DNA of 64,000 bases, taken from NCBI GenBank assembly GCA_023269085.1, contig JAHFML010000001.1, forward strand, positions 108,578 to 172,577. Direction: 5' to 3'. The stretch comes from a bacterium. GTDB taxonomy: Bacteria; Patescibacteriota; Minisyncoccia; Phycocordibacterales; Phycocordibacteraceae. The position numbers and the translations under genes were made by a program. Shown piece after piece: positions 1-8,711 of the stretch. Below the pieces are notes generated by a model. It saw only the letters and a list, made by a program, of their open reading frames with translations, ran no database searches and was not told the origin of the DNA. Each line of letters begins with the position of its first letter. Position 1 is the stretch's first letter.

Positions 1-409
1 ACGAGCCATTATCGATCGTTGCGAGCGAGTTATAGTTTGTTGCCGTAGAGCTAGTACAGCCACGGACGACCGTTGGCGAATATATGCACGAGCCATCGTC
101 GATGGTCGCAAGAGGATTGTAGTTCGTCGCGGCCGAGTCCATGCATCCGACGATCGGCAGGACCACGACTGGCGAAATGACGACGGGCGTGACAATAACT
201 ATCGGCGCTGGTGCGGCAATGGGGACAACTGGCGCTATCGCCACCGGTGCCGGTGCCGGCACTGAGCAACAGGGCGGTGCGATAATATCCGCATGAGCGG
301 AGCGTGGCACGCCGAGACCAATCAGAAAGATACTAGAAGCGACTACGCCAAAAAGACCGATAGCAATCGGTTTCGTATGAGTATGTATATAGGTAATGAT
401 GTTGTTCAT
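1..409 (-). CDS. 5' part of a secreted repeat protein; the gene runs off the window start. Signal peptide, Pro/Ala/Val-rich linker, then Cys-bracketed repeats of the form GC-x3-ATNYN-x-LATID(D/N)GSC
   Basis: Manual minus-strand translation from the ATG at 407-409 gives MNNIITYIHTHTKPIAIGLFGVVASSIFLIGLGVPRSAHA, then PAPAPVAIAPVVPIAAPAP and GCMDSAATNYNPLATIDDGSC. No stop before the window edge, so it is missing from the ORF track. Confidence 0.45.
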   Translation of the reverse strand, partial: MNNIITYIHTHTKPIAIGLFGVVASSIFLIGLGVPRSAHADIIAPPCCSVPAPAPVAIAPVVPIAAPAPIVIVTPVVISPVVVLPIVGCMDSAATNYNPLATIDDGSCIYSPTVVRGCTSSTATNYNSLATIDNGS

Positions 410-454
410 TTTGGTACGAAGGGAGGTGGCCGAAATTCGACCACGCTCCAAAAA

Positions 455-1357
455 TCAATTTCCGGGGAGTTGGTAACTCCCTTTTTGTGTCGTCCCCCAC
501 ATGGGCCATGTTGCTGGCACATGGTGAACCGACTTCCCCTGCCAATCTTCCGGCGTAACCACATCGGCGTCAGACTCGGCGCCATCGCGTTCGTCGCAAA
601 GCGCGACATAGTTCGCTTTGACTTCCACTGGGAAGCGGAGCGACTGGTTCGCATACTTCGCGATGTACTTGCCGGTGTGGAGCGGTTCGTATCCGGCCGG
701 AATGACCGACTTCGGACCGACCCAATTGCAAGTATCGCAAGGCGACGGAAGCGCGGTACAGACATCGCCATCGCAGAGTTGCCAACAGGCCGAAGCCGGA
801 AGGAGTTTCTGCGTAAGAACGGCAAAGCGTACCGGATCGCCTGGTTTGACGGTAGACTTCACCGTCGCACAAGCGAATTCCTCGACCTTCCAGCTCCAGT
901 TGAAGCACACAAGTGGGAGATAGAGCACATAGGTTTTACCCTCGTACTCATACTTCCACGAGAGAGTCCTTACCGTCTCGGCGACCGAACCCTTGCGGTA
1001 TGGGCGACCGCTCGGCGACTCGGCGACCGGCAATTCGGCGACCGTCACATCGTTCATGACTTTCGCTTTTTTGCCACCCGACCACATCTGATTGAGATGG
1101 GCATTGGGCGGGAGCCACGCAAGAGTACCACCATTGCAGGTGTCGCCGACCACCTGCTTGAAGTGTTTGCGCACCTCAGACGGCAGAGCGAATGCATTGA
1201 TGGCGCCGAAAGCTTTTTTACAAGCCTCGGCTTGATTTGTCGCGAAAGGGGCGGCTCCCCAATTCTTCCAGACCTCGTCGGCATACGTTTTTTTGACCCA
1301 TGCCATCGCCACAAGGGCGACAATCATAGCGACCAAAAAATACCGGATGAGACGCAT
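455..1357 (-). CDS. hypothetical membrane-anchored or secreted Cys-rich protein
   Basis: Internal start MRLIRYFLVAMIVALVAMAW is a TM or signal anchor, followed by a varied, Cys-containing sequence. The overlapping plus-strand ORF 293..1480 is Arg-rich and looks spurious. Confidence 0.5.
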   Translation of the reverse strand: MRLIRYFLVAMIVALVAMAWVKKTYADEVWKNWGAAPFATNQAEACKKAFGAINAFALPSEVRKHFKQVVGDTCNGGTLAWLPPNAHLNQMWSGGKKAKVMNDVTVAELPVAESPSGRPYRKGSVAETVRTLSWKYEYEGKTYVLYLPLVCFNWSWKVEEFACATVKSTVKPGDPVRFAVLTQKLLPASACWQLCDGDVCTALPSPCDTCNWVGPKSVIPAGYEPLHTGKYIAKYANQSLRFPVEVKANYVALCDERDGAESDADVVTPEDWQGKSVHHVPATWPMWGTTQKGSYQLPGN

Positions 1358-1469
1358 TCCCTTGTCCTGACGCGGGATGAACATTGTCAACCTCCTTCTT
1401 GGTTGCGCCGCTGTTGCGGCAGGAATTCCTACAAAGAACACTCTCCCCTTGCGGAGATTCATCCTATCT

Positions 1470-2186
1470 CTAGCGCGTAGAGACGGGATGACTCTCAACA
1501 AAGTCTGCGGTCACGACGAAGCGGTCGCTCTTCGCCCCGAAGGAGTTGCAGGTCGCGAGCGTGAGCACGCGACCCGCGGCCTCGAGCGAGATGCCGTCGC
1601 CGTTCGCCGCATTCTTCTTCACGACGCTCTTCACACGATAGGTGTACACCGCATCAACCGCAGAGACATCTATCATATCGCCAACCGCGAGTTTCTGAAT
1701 ACCGTCGAAGGTCTTATACGCCTGATTCCCGACGATAGGCAGATAGCTCGAGTGGCCGAAGAGCACGACATTGCCCGCCTCGCCGAGCCGCGCCGAGGTC
1801 GGGTAACGCACTGCGCCCTTGAGCAAGTAGCCGTCGAGTGCTTCGATGTTCGTCGTCGTCGGGTTCGCAATAGCCGCCGCGAGATTGATCGCCGATATCT
1901 CTATCTGCACCGGCTCCTCGACGCGAGCGGCGGGCGTGCTCGTCGCTACAGCGAGATTCGCATTCGCTACGAGTGAGACGCTTGGCGCGTTCACCGGCAC
2001 CTCGGGCAAGAGCCCGAGCGTGTTGAGCGCGAATATGCTCCCGCCAAAGACGCACGCGAAAACACCAGAGAAGCGCCACTTCTCCTCCCGTATGCGCCGA
2101 CTCGCCTCGACAAGTCGCGCTACTGCTGGTACAAACCAATCCATATCGTCTTGTTCATAAATACACCATTGCAGGGCGGCTGTCAA
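1470..2186 (-). CDS. sortase family transpeptidase
   Basis: N-terminal TM segment (FSGVFACVFGGSIFAL). Conserved sortase His (VLFGHSSY) and the TLxTC catalytic Cys motif (VLTLATCNSFG). Confidence 0.7.
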   Translation of the reverse strand: MTAALQWCIYEQDDMDWFVPAVARLVEASRRIREEKWRFSGVFACVFGGSIFALNTLGLLPEVPVNAPSVSLVANANLAVATSTPAARVEEPVQIEISAINLAAAIANPTTTNIEALDGYLLKGAVRYPTSARLGEAGNVVLFGHSSYLPIVGNQAYKTFDGIQKLAVGDMIDVSAVDAVYTYRVKSVVKKNAANGDGISLEAAGRVLTLATCNSFGAKSDRFVVTADFVESHPVSTR

Positions 2187-2243
2187 GTGTCTCGGCTTCC
2201 CGATGCTTGACAGCGAAATAACGCTATGTTATATATAGCTCAT

Positions 2244-2972
2244 ATGGACAGTTTCAAAAATCAATTTGAAAGCAGACAGCCCGCGCTTGCCGGCCTGGCG
2301 ATTGCCGGGTTTATCGCGCTGGTCGCGTTCGGGATATGGCTCGCGGTCTACTCGACGCGCTTCGTCCCACCGATCGTGAGCCGCGTCAGCTCGGCCGCCG
2401 TCTATCTCGGCCAAGTCTTCACGCCTCACCGCGCCTCCCTCTCGGTCGTCCCGACCGCGACCTCGACCGTCATCTACTTCGGCGACGCGACGAGCTCTGC
2501 GACAACGACGACGCCACTAATAAAACCCGCACCGAAACCTGCCGCGACTATCGGTACCGAAGTAACTTCGAAGTATCCCGTAACGCCGACCGGCCTCCCT
2601 GACTTGCTCGTCACGATCAAGCGTATCGGCTACCTCGCGACCAGCTCGGCGAGCTCCTTCGTCGCGAGTTCAACCGTGCCTGCCGGCTACCGTCCTGCGG
2701 TCAAATTCTCGATTGAGAATATCGGCGGATCCGAGACGGGCGCATGGCGCTTCAACGCGTCGATCCCCACTGCGACCGCATTCATCTACAAGTCAGAGCC
2801 TCAGCAATCGCTTGCCTCGGGTGATAGCATCGACTACACACTCGGCTTCGATCAGGCGCTTCGGGGTGCCGGTAAGGCTGTCACTATCATCGCGAACTTC
2901 GATCACGCCTTCGCCGAGTCAACCCTTTCGAATAACACGGCGACCGCGACGGTCACCATACTCGGAAATTAA
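2244..2972 (+). CDS. membrane-anchored surface protein with a CARDB-like C-terminal domain
   Basis: N-terminal TM helix (LAGLAIAGFIALVAFGIWLAVY) and a Thr/Ser/Pro-rich linker. C-terminal VKFSIENIGGSETGAWRFNASIP resembles CARDB-type adhesion domains. Confidence 0.45.
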   Translation: MDSFKNQFESRQPALAGLAIAGFIALVAFGIWLAVYSTRFVPPIVSRVSSAAVYLGQVFTPHRASLSVVPTATSTVIYFGDATSSATTTTPLIKPAPKPAATIGTEVTSKYPVTPTGLPDLLVTIKRIGYLATSSASSFVASSTVPAGYRPAVKFSIENIGGSETGAWRFNASIPTATAFIYKSEPQQSLASGDSIDYTLGFDQALRGAGKAVTIIANFDHAFAESTLSNNTATATVTILGN

Positions 2973-5044
2973 ACGTCGAGATTCGCGAGCTTCGCGTTGC
3001 TCTGGATGAATGACTTGCGCGCGGCAACGTCGGTGCCCATGAGGATATCGAAGATGCGGTCGGCCGCCTCGGCGTCCTCGACATTGACGCGCTTCAAGAC
3101 GCGGCGCGCCGGGTCCATCGTCGTCTCCCAGAGCTCGCTCGGGTTCATCTCGCCCAAGCCCTTGTAGCGCTGGATGTTCACCTTGGTCGCCTTCTTCGCC
3201 ACAACGACCTCCTCTCCCTCGCCCGGCTCAAGACCTTCGGCTTCTCCTTCGGCCTCCATTGGATTCTCGATAATATCAGCAGGCGATGCACCGAGCTCCT
3301 TCAACACCTCCTCTTTTTCCTTGTCAGAATACGCATACGCGACCGACTTCCCTTTTGAAATCTTATACAACGGCGGCTGAGCGATATAGACGAAGCCGCC
3401 GTCGATAATCGGCTTGAAATGGCGGTAGAGAAGCGTGAGGAGGAGCGTGCGAATGTGCGCGCCGTCGACATCGGCATCGGTCGCGATAATTATCTTATGA
3501 TAGCGGAGTTTGCTCAAATCGAAGACATCGCCGATAGCCGTGCCCATAGCGACCACGAGCGCACGGATCTCGACCGAGGCGAGCATGCGGTCGATGCGTG
3601 CGCGTTCGACGTTCAATATTTTGCCGCGAAGCGGGAGGATAGCTTGCGTGCGACGATCGCGCCCCTGCTTGCTTGAGCCGCCGGCCGAATCGCCCTCGAC
3701 GATGAAGATCTCGCTCTCCTCGGCGCTCTTGGTCTGGCAGTCGGCGAGCTTGCCCGGGAGCGTCATGCCCTCGAGTGCGCCTTTGCGCAAGACAGAATCC
3801 TTCGCGGCCTTCGCGGCCTTGCGCGCCTTGAGGGCAATGAGCACCTTGTTCACAATAGCGCGCGCATCATCGGGGTTTTCTTCGAGAAAGGCGCCAAAGG
3901 CTTCGTTGAAGACGGTCGAAGTCGCCCCCTGCGCCTCCATGCTCCCGAGCTTCGCCTTGGTCTGGCCCTCGAATTGGATCTCGGGGAGCTTCACCGAGAC
4001 GACCGCGGTGATGCCTTCGAGCACGTCGTCGCCCGTGAAGTTCTCGTCCTTCTCTTTCAAAATATTCGCGGCACGGCCATAGGCGTTCAGCGAACGCGTG
4101 AGCGCCGTCTTAAAGCCAGTGATGTGCGTGCCGCCCTCGCTGTTGTAGGTGTTGTTGGCAAAGGCGGTCAAGCGCGGGGTGATGTCGTCGACATATTGGA
4201 GCGCGATCTCGACGATGACATTGTCCTGCTCCTTCTCGACATAAAAAATGTTTTTGTGCACCGGCTCTTGGTGCCGATTATAAAAAGCGACGAGCGACTT
4301 CAACCCGCCTTCGAAGTAGAAGGTCATCGAGGGACAATCCAATTTCTGTTCACGCAAGAAAATAGTATCTGTCTCAAAGGCCTTCGGCTCTTCGCGTGCG
4401 TCGACGACCGACACGCGCACATCTTTTATCAAATACGCCTGCTGGCGAAGGCGCGTCTCTATTTTTTCAATATCATAGGCGATTCCTTCTTTGAAAATGG
4501 TGATGTCCGGCTTGAAGATAACAATAGTGCCGTGCTCCTTTGAAGCGCCGATCTTCTTCACCTTCGCGAGCGGGATGCCAATCTTATACTCCTGCAGGTG
4601 CATGCCGCCGTCCTGATGCACGACGACCTTGGTGTGCTCTGAGAGCGCGTTCACGACCGACGCGCCGACGCCGTGCAGGCCGCCCGAGACCTTGTAGGCC
4701 TCGTTGTCGAACTTGCCGCCCGCGTGGAGCGTCGTCATGATAGTCTCGAGCGCCGAGACTTTTGTCTTCGGGTGGATGCCCACCGGGATGCCGTTGCCGT
4801 TGTCGGCGACGCGCACATAGCCGTCGGGCAAGAGCGCGACTTCGATATCGTCACAGCGATTGGCCATCGCCTCGTCGCGCGCATTGTCGAAGATCTCCCA
4901 GACGAGATGATGGAGGCCGTCGGGACCGGTCGTCCCGATGTACATGCCCGGGCGCTTGCGCACCGGCTCGAGCCCCTCGAGCACGGTAATAGACGAAGCG
5001 TCGTACGCCTTCGTTTTAGCCTCTTTCCCCGTGCTTTTTACCAT
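2969..5044 (-). CDS. gyrB: DNA gyrase subunit B
   Basis: 691 aa with a GHKL ATPase N-terminus (GLHHLVWEIFDNARDEA) and a TOPRIM region (EGDSAGGS). The C-terminus is full length. Confidence 0.95.
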   Translation of the reverse strand: MVKSTGKEAKTKAYDASSITVLEGLEPVRKRPGMYIGTTGPDGLHHLVWEIFDNARDEAMANRCDDIEVALLPDGYVRVADNGNGIPVGIHPKTKVSALETIMTTLHAGGKFDNEAYKVSGGLHGVGASVVNALSEHTKVVVHQDGGMHLQEYKIGIPLAKVKKIGASKEHGTIVIFKPDITIFKEGIAYDIEKIETRLRQQAYLIKDVRVSVVDAREEPKAFETDTIFLREQKLDCPSMTFYFEGGLKSLVAFYNRHQEPVHKNIFYVEKEQDNVIVEIALQYVDDITPRLTAFANNTYNSEGGTHITGFKTALTRSLNAYGRAANILKEKDENFTGDDVLEGITAVVSVKLPEIQFEGQTKAKLGSMEAQGATSTVFNEAFGAFLEENPDDARAIVNKVLIALKARKAAKAAKDSVLRKGALEGMTLPGKLADCQTKSAEESEIFIVEGDSAGGSSKQGRDRRTQAILPLRGKILNVERARIDRMLASVEIRALVVAMGTAIGDVFDLSKLRYHKIIIATDADVDGAHIRTLLLTLLYRHFKPIIDGGFVYIAQPPLYKISKGKSVAYAYSDKEKEEVLKELGASPADIIENPMEAEGEAEGLEPGEGEEVVVAKKATKVNIQRYKGLGEMNPSELWETTMDPARRVLKRVNVEDAEAADRIFDILMGTDVAARKSFIQSNAKLANLDV

Positions 5045-5092
5045 AAAAAATAGCCGATCTATCGGTAGGTCTAGTATAGCATAAACCGCCCG

Positions 5093-5160
5093 TTAAAGCT
5101 TGAGAAAATCCTCGACCGAGAGGCCAGCTTGTTTGAGTATTTTAGTGAGGATGCTCATGC
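5093..5160 (-). pseudogene. HicA toxin C-terminal remnant; a 21-codon ORF MSILTKILKQAGLSVEDFLKL coupled to the hicB stop
   Basis: Matches only the C-terminal tail typical of HicA (…ILKQAGL…EEF…L). The N-terminal RNA-binding and catalytic part is absent. Its ATG overlaps the upstream TGA (ATGA). Confidence 0.3.
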
Positions 5161-5418
5161 GAAGACGAGTGGCCGAGACTTCCGCACGACCACTTGTCCC
5201 GCGCTTTCTGCCGCGAGAATAACATCTCCTTCGATAGCGCATTCGATCGACTCGACGATCATGCGCCTTGCTTCTGCAAGATTCTTTCCCCATGAGACGG
5301 CACCCGAGACAGCGGGCGCTTCGACAACATAGCCACCCATGTCGGGCTCCGGCTCAAAGACCGCTTTGAACGAGCCGTATCTCGTGACTACCATCTCCGT
5401 CTTTTTGAGATCCTTCAT
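5155..5418 (-). CDS. HicB-like (UPF0150) antitoxin family protein
   Basis: MKDLKKTEMVVTRYGSFKAVFEPEPDMGGYVVEAPAVSGAVSWGKNLAEARRMIVESIECAI matches the HicB N-terminal RNase-H-like fold signature (GGYVVEFP…G.T.EEA). Confidence 0.55.
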   Translation of the reverse strand: MKDLKKTEMVVTRYGSFKAVFEPEPDMGGYVVEAPAVSGAVSWGKNLAEARRMIVESIECAIEGDVILAAESAGQVVVRKSRPLVFA

Positions 5419-5492
5419 AGCGATAACGATAACACGAAAACGAATCGGCCGCCTGTTTAAGGGCGGCCGTGATTGAAGATCGGAGGGACGAA

Positions 5493-5933
5493 TTATCCCC
5501 ACAAATCGTGCGCATCATAACCCTTGTTGCGCAGGGCGATGTAAATCGGCAGAAGAAACGTGTTGAGCAAGCGACTCAGTCGTTGGTACGTCTCAGTATC
5601 TGCACCACTGCGATCATGAAGATACGTATTGATAACTCGCCCAACCTCTTCAACCGTTAGGCCGGATTCGGCAATTGCGCAGTCCACATCATCGATAAAC
5701 CCCAGACCAGTCTGGCTTGAGAGTTTGCCGCCATAAATCGCTGATCTGACATTACTGCCGAACGTTCGATCGCCAAGCCGACGCGCGTACTGACGAAAGT
5801 TTCCTTCATGTATCTCAGGATCGCGCGGGTACGGTTTATCTCCTATCAAGAAACGCAGAAAGAAATTGTTCAGGAATCCGCCAGGAATTTCCGACGGATC
5901 GTACGGTACATATTGGCCCATGATGGCCTCCAT
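5493..5933 (-). CDS. hypothetical protein
   Basis: 146-aa ORF in the right orientation with varied composition. No motif recognised. Confidence 0.35.
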   Translation of the reverse strand: MEAIMGQYVPYDPSEIPGGFLNNFFLRFLIGDKPYPRDPEIHEGNFRQYARRLGDRTFGSNVRSAIYGGKLSSQTGLGFIDDVDCAIAESGLTVEEVGRVINTYLHDRSGADTETYQRLSRLLNTFLLPIYIALRNKGYDAHDLWG

Positions 5934-6040
5934 AAGGGTTGTTTATCCAAGCAGACTATACTGCACGAAAATATATTTGTCTACTTTCCGTTTACTCTTT
6001 CCCGCTTGCCACACCAACCTTATTCTCCCCCTCCCTTTCC

Positions 6041-6074
6041 GTACCATTTTGCTCCTATAGGTTAGAATTGGTAC
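6041..6074. promoter_or_regulatory. 34-bp inverted-repeat element GTACCAttttGCTCCTATAGGttagaaTTGGTAC, ending directly at the ATG of the PaaX-like gene
   Basis: Seen in sequence. It shares the GCTCCTATAGG core and GTACCA/TGGTAC ends with the palindrome at 6684-6721. Confidence 0.5.
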
Positions 6075-6659
6075 ATGAATGCAAAGATACCCGTCCAAGA
6101 TCGGAGGAAGATTGTTCTCCAGGCAAATATCTTGCGATTCCTCTATGTGGGCGGCGTCCTCACTACGGCGCTCGTTGCACCGAAATTTTTGCGTCTCATC
6201 GGTCCCTTTGATCGCAGTCAGCCGCGACGGAAGGAGCTCTATGCCCGTCTAGATCTCGCGCGTCGACGATTGAAGCAACGCGGCCTCGTGCGGGAAGAGA
6301 AAAAAGCGAATGGCACATTTCTGCGCCTGACGCCCGAGGGAGAGAAAAGCATCGAGAAGATACTCATGCGCGAATATCGCATCCCCGAGCAGGTACGGTG
6401 GGACGGCAAGTGGCGCATGCTCATTTTCGATATTCGAGAAAAACGCCGTGGCACCCGCGCGACTCTTCGCAAACTTCTCTCGGGAGCAGGATTCGTTCGC
6501 TTGCAAGACAGTGTGTGGATCCACCCCTATCCCTGTGACGAATTCGTCGCGCTAGTGCGCGCGCATCTCTCGAGTGGCATCGGGGAACTACGGTCTTGCG
6601 TCGTTGAAGCACTTGAATCTGACAAGTCGCTTCGGGAATATTTCCGTCTCGCTATATAA
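6075..6659 (+). CDS. PaaX-family-like transcriptional regulator
   Basis: WDGKWRMLIFDIREKRRGTRATLRKLLSGAGFVRLQDSVWIHPYP matches the PaaX C-terminal-domain signature (W.G.W..v.fdipe…r..l.g.G..lq.svwv.p). Confidence 0.55.
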   Translation: MNAKIPVQDRRKIVLQANILRFLYVGGVLTTALVAPKFLRLIGPFDRSQPRRKELYARLDLARRRLKQRGLVREEKKANGTFLRLTPEGEKSIEKILMREYRIPEQVRWDGKWRMLIFDIREKRRGTRATLRKLLSGAGFVRLQDSVWIHPYPCDEFVALVRAHLSSGIGELRSCVVEALESDKSLREYFRLAI

Positions 6660-6683
6660 ATATTCTTAACTACCGAAAGTACT

Positions 6684-6721
6684 ACGTACCAAATCGCTCC
6701 TATAGGAGCGATTTGGTACGT
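6684..6721. terminator. perfect 36-38-bp palindrome aCGTACCAAATCGCTCCTA|TAGGAGCGATTTGGTACGt, between convergent genes
   Basis: 18-bp arms with no loop mismatch. It sits 25 bp after the PaaX-like stop and about 37 bp after the pheT stop. It may act as a bidirectional terminator and/or an operator. Confidence 0.5.
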
Positions 6722-6757
6722 GGCAACAAGACACTTCCTATATTTCTTATACTTCTC

Positions 6758-7936
6758 TTACCGTACTTCAAAGCCAGTGGCGGCGAGTGCCAGGGAGATT
6801 TTTTCCATAATCGCATTCACCTCGTCGTCGGTGAGGGTGCGCTCGGGCGACTCGAAGACGAGGCGGTAAGCATACGAAACCTTCCCTTCTTTCTCAAAGC
6901 GGTCGAACTGGTCGAGCTTCACGAGCAACGCTCCTGCTTGTTCCCAAATGTGGGACATCGTAAGTCCTACATCGGTGTCGGCTATCTTGGGAATCCAAAA
7001 AGCGATGTCGCGTGTGATGAAGGGATAGATTGAGAAGGGCTGGTACGCGCCGAGCTCATAACGCTTCGGCGTGTAGTCTTTGCCATAGTCTTCGAGTTTC
7101 GCTACCGAGAGATTGTCATGCGCGGGTACGCCCCACTCAACAACCGGCTCGGTCATGCGAAGCTCGACGAATTCTCCCGACTGCGGGAAGACCGTGCCGA
7201 CTTCAAAGAGCTTCGGCTTCTGCCCCGGTGCGAGCACGCGCGGCGCATTCAACTTCGCGCGCGCGAGCGCGTCAGCGAGATTCTCTTCGAGACTCGTGCG
7301 GAGCGCAGGCTTCGTCTTGTCGAGCGGGTTCGCGAGCAGAATATCACCCTTCGGGGCGAATGACTGCGTCGAGACTTCGGCGAATCCCTGTTCGACGAGC
7401 TGATCCTTCATCCGCTCGATGCCACGATAGCGATTCTGATCGACTTCACTCGCCGCAGGCGCGAGTTCTCTACCGATGATGCGTTCATACCCCAAGATCT
7501 GCCCGACCTCCTCGGCCACATCTTCAGGCACGACAATGTCGGTGCGCGGCAGAGGCGCGGTCACTCGCATCGTCTCGCCCTCTTCTGCAACCTTGAACTG
7601 CAATCGTCTGAACACATCGAGTATCTCTTCGCGCGAGAAGTCAGCGCCAAGGATAGCGTTCAGCCCTGCGACCGTCACCGCTACGGGTGATTGATTCGTA
7701 TACTCCGGTGCTTCTCCGCCTTTCATCGGCATGTCGAGAATAGCGGCGAGCTCGCGCGCGACCCCTTCTGCCGTCGCACAATCAGCCGCACGATTCGGCA
7801 AAACTTTGATATCGAGCAGATCGCCTTCGATGCTCTCTATCTCGAACGCGTGGAAGGTGAAGGCGTCAGCGAGCGCCGCGACCGGAGGGAGCGGCGCAGT
7901 GAAATATTCTTGCAGTTGTGTGCGCGTTATTTTCAT
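6758..7936 (-). CDS. pheT: phenylalanine--tRNA ligase beta subunit, minimal form
   Basis: N-terminal LDIKVLPNRAADC…GVAREL (TPNRADC motif), a B5-like segment (ILGADFSREEILDVFRRLQF…RTDIVVPEDVAEEVGQILGYERI) and a catalytic-like core. Only 392 aa. Confidence 0.8.
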   Translation of the reverse strand: MKITRTQLQEYFTAPLPPVAALADAFTFHAFEIESIEGDLLDIKVLPNRAADCATAEGVARELAAILDMPMKGGEAPEYTNQSPVAVTVAGLNAILGADFSREEILDVFRRLQFKVAEEGETMRVTAPLPRTDIVVPEDVAEEVGQILGYERIIGRELAPAASEVDQNRYRGIERMKDQLVEQGFAEVSTQSFAPKGDILLANPLDKTKPALRTSLEENLADALARAKLNAPRVLAPGQKPKLFEVGTVFPQSGEFVELRMTEPVVEWGVPAHDNLSVAKLEDYGKDYTPKRYELGAYQPFSIYPFITRDIAFWIPKIADTDVGLTMSHIWEQAGALLVKLDQFDRFEKEGKVSYAYRLVFESPERTLTDDEVNAIMEKISLALAATGFEVR

Positions 7937-8673
7937 ACTTCTTTTTCGTCAAAGCCGTATACAAAACGTATATCGCCCGAATGAATGAGCCGCACATCAG
8001 GAATGCCATATTTGACCATGAGCAGGCGCTCGAGCCCGCCGCCAAAGGCAAAGCCCGCAATCTTCTCCGAGTCGAGTCCGGCATTCTGTATCACGTTTGG
8101 GTGGAACATGCCGGCACCGGCTACTTCAAGCCACTTCCCCTCCTTACCCGGTGCTTCAAACCACACATCCACCTCGACCGAGGGCTCCGTGAAGCCGAAG
8201 AAGCTGGGGCGGAATCGCACCTTTGCGTCGGGCCCGAGATACTCGCGATAAAAACGTTCGAGCGTCCCCTTCAAGTGCGCGAGCGTCACGGTGCCCTTCG
8301 GCCCGACGGCAAATCCGTCGATCTGATAGAACTGCGCCTCGTGCGTCGCATCGGTCGCTTCATTACGGAAAACTTTGCCCGGCATAACGCAACGCAACTC
8401 GCTCCCGCCCTCTTTTGCCAGTCTCTCAAGTTCGCGAAGCGACACGGAGGTTGCGTGCGTCCGAAGAAGCCGGTCTGGCATATCCTTGGCCCAGAACGTG
8501 TCCTGCATACTGCGCGCAGGATGATTCGGCGGGATGTTGAGACCCGTGAAGACATGCCACTCATCCTCGAGCTCGGGGCCATAGGCAACGCCGAAGCCCA
8601 TGCGGCCGAATATATCCACGATCTCGCGGGTTGCGATCGTGATAGGGTGCAAGCGACCATGTTGACTCGTCAT
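7933..8673 (-). CDS. pheS: phenylalanine--tRNA ligase alpha subunit (short, lacks the N-terminal helical arm)
   Basis: Class II aaRS motifs (FRNEATDATHEAQFYQIDG; GFAFGGGLERL). Overlaps pheT by 4 nt. Confidence 0.9.
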   Translation of the reverse strand: MTSQHGRLHPITIATREIVDIFGRMGFGVAYGPELEDEWHVFTGLNIPPNHPARSMQDTFWAKDMPDRLLRTHATSVSLRELERLAKEGGSELRCVMPGKVFRNEATDATHEAQFYQIDGFAVGPKGTVTLAHLKGTLERFYREYLGPDAKVRFRPSFFGFTEPSVEVDVWFEAPGKEGKWLEVAGAGMFHPNVIQNAGLDSEKIAGFAFGGGLERLLMVKYGIPDVRLIHSGDIRFVYGFDEKEV

Positions 8674-8711
8674 GATGAAAATATACCAGATTATGGTACA
8701 GTGACGCTACT

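Noticed and set aside
293-1480. 395-aa plus-strand ORF overlapping two minus-strand genes
   Set aside because: Arg/Gly/His-rich with no domain logic. This is typical antisense read-through in high-GC DNA, and the minus-strand ORFs have signal peptides and coherent sequences.
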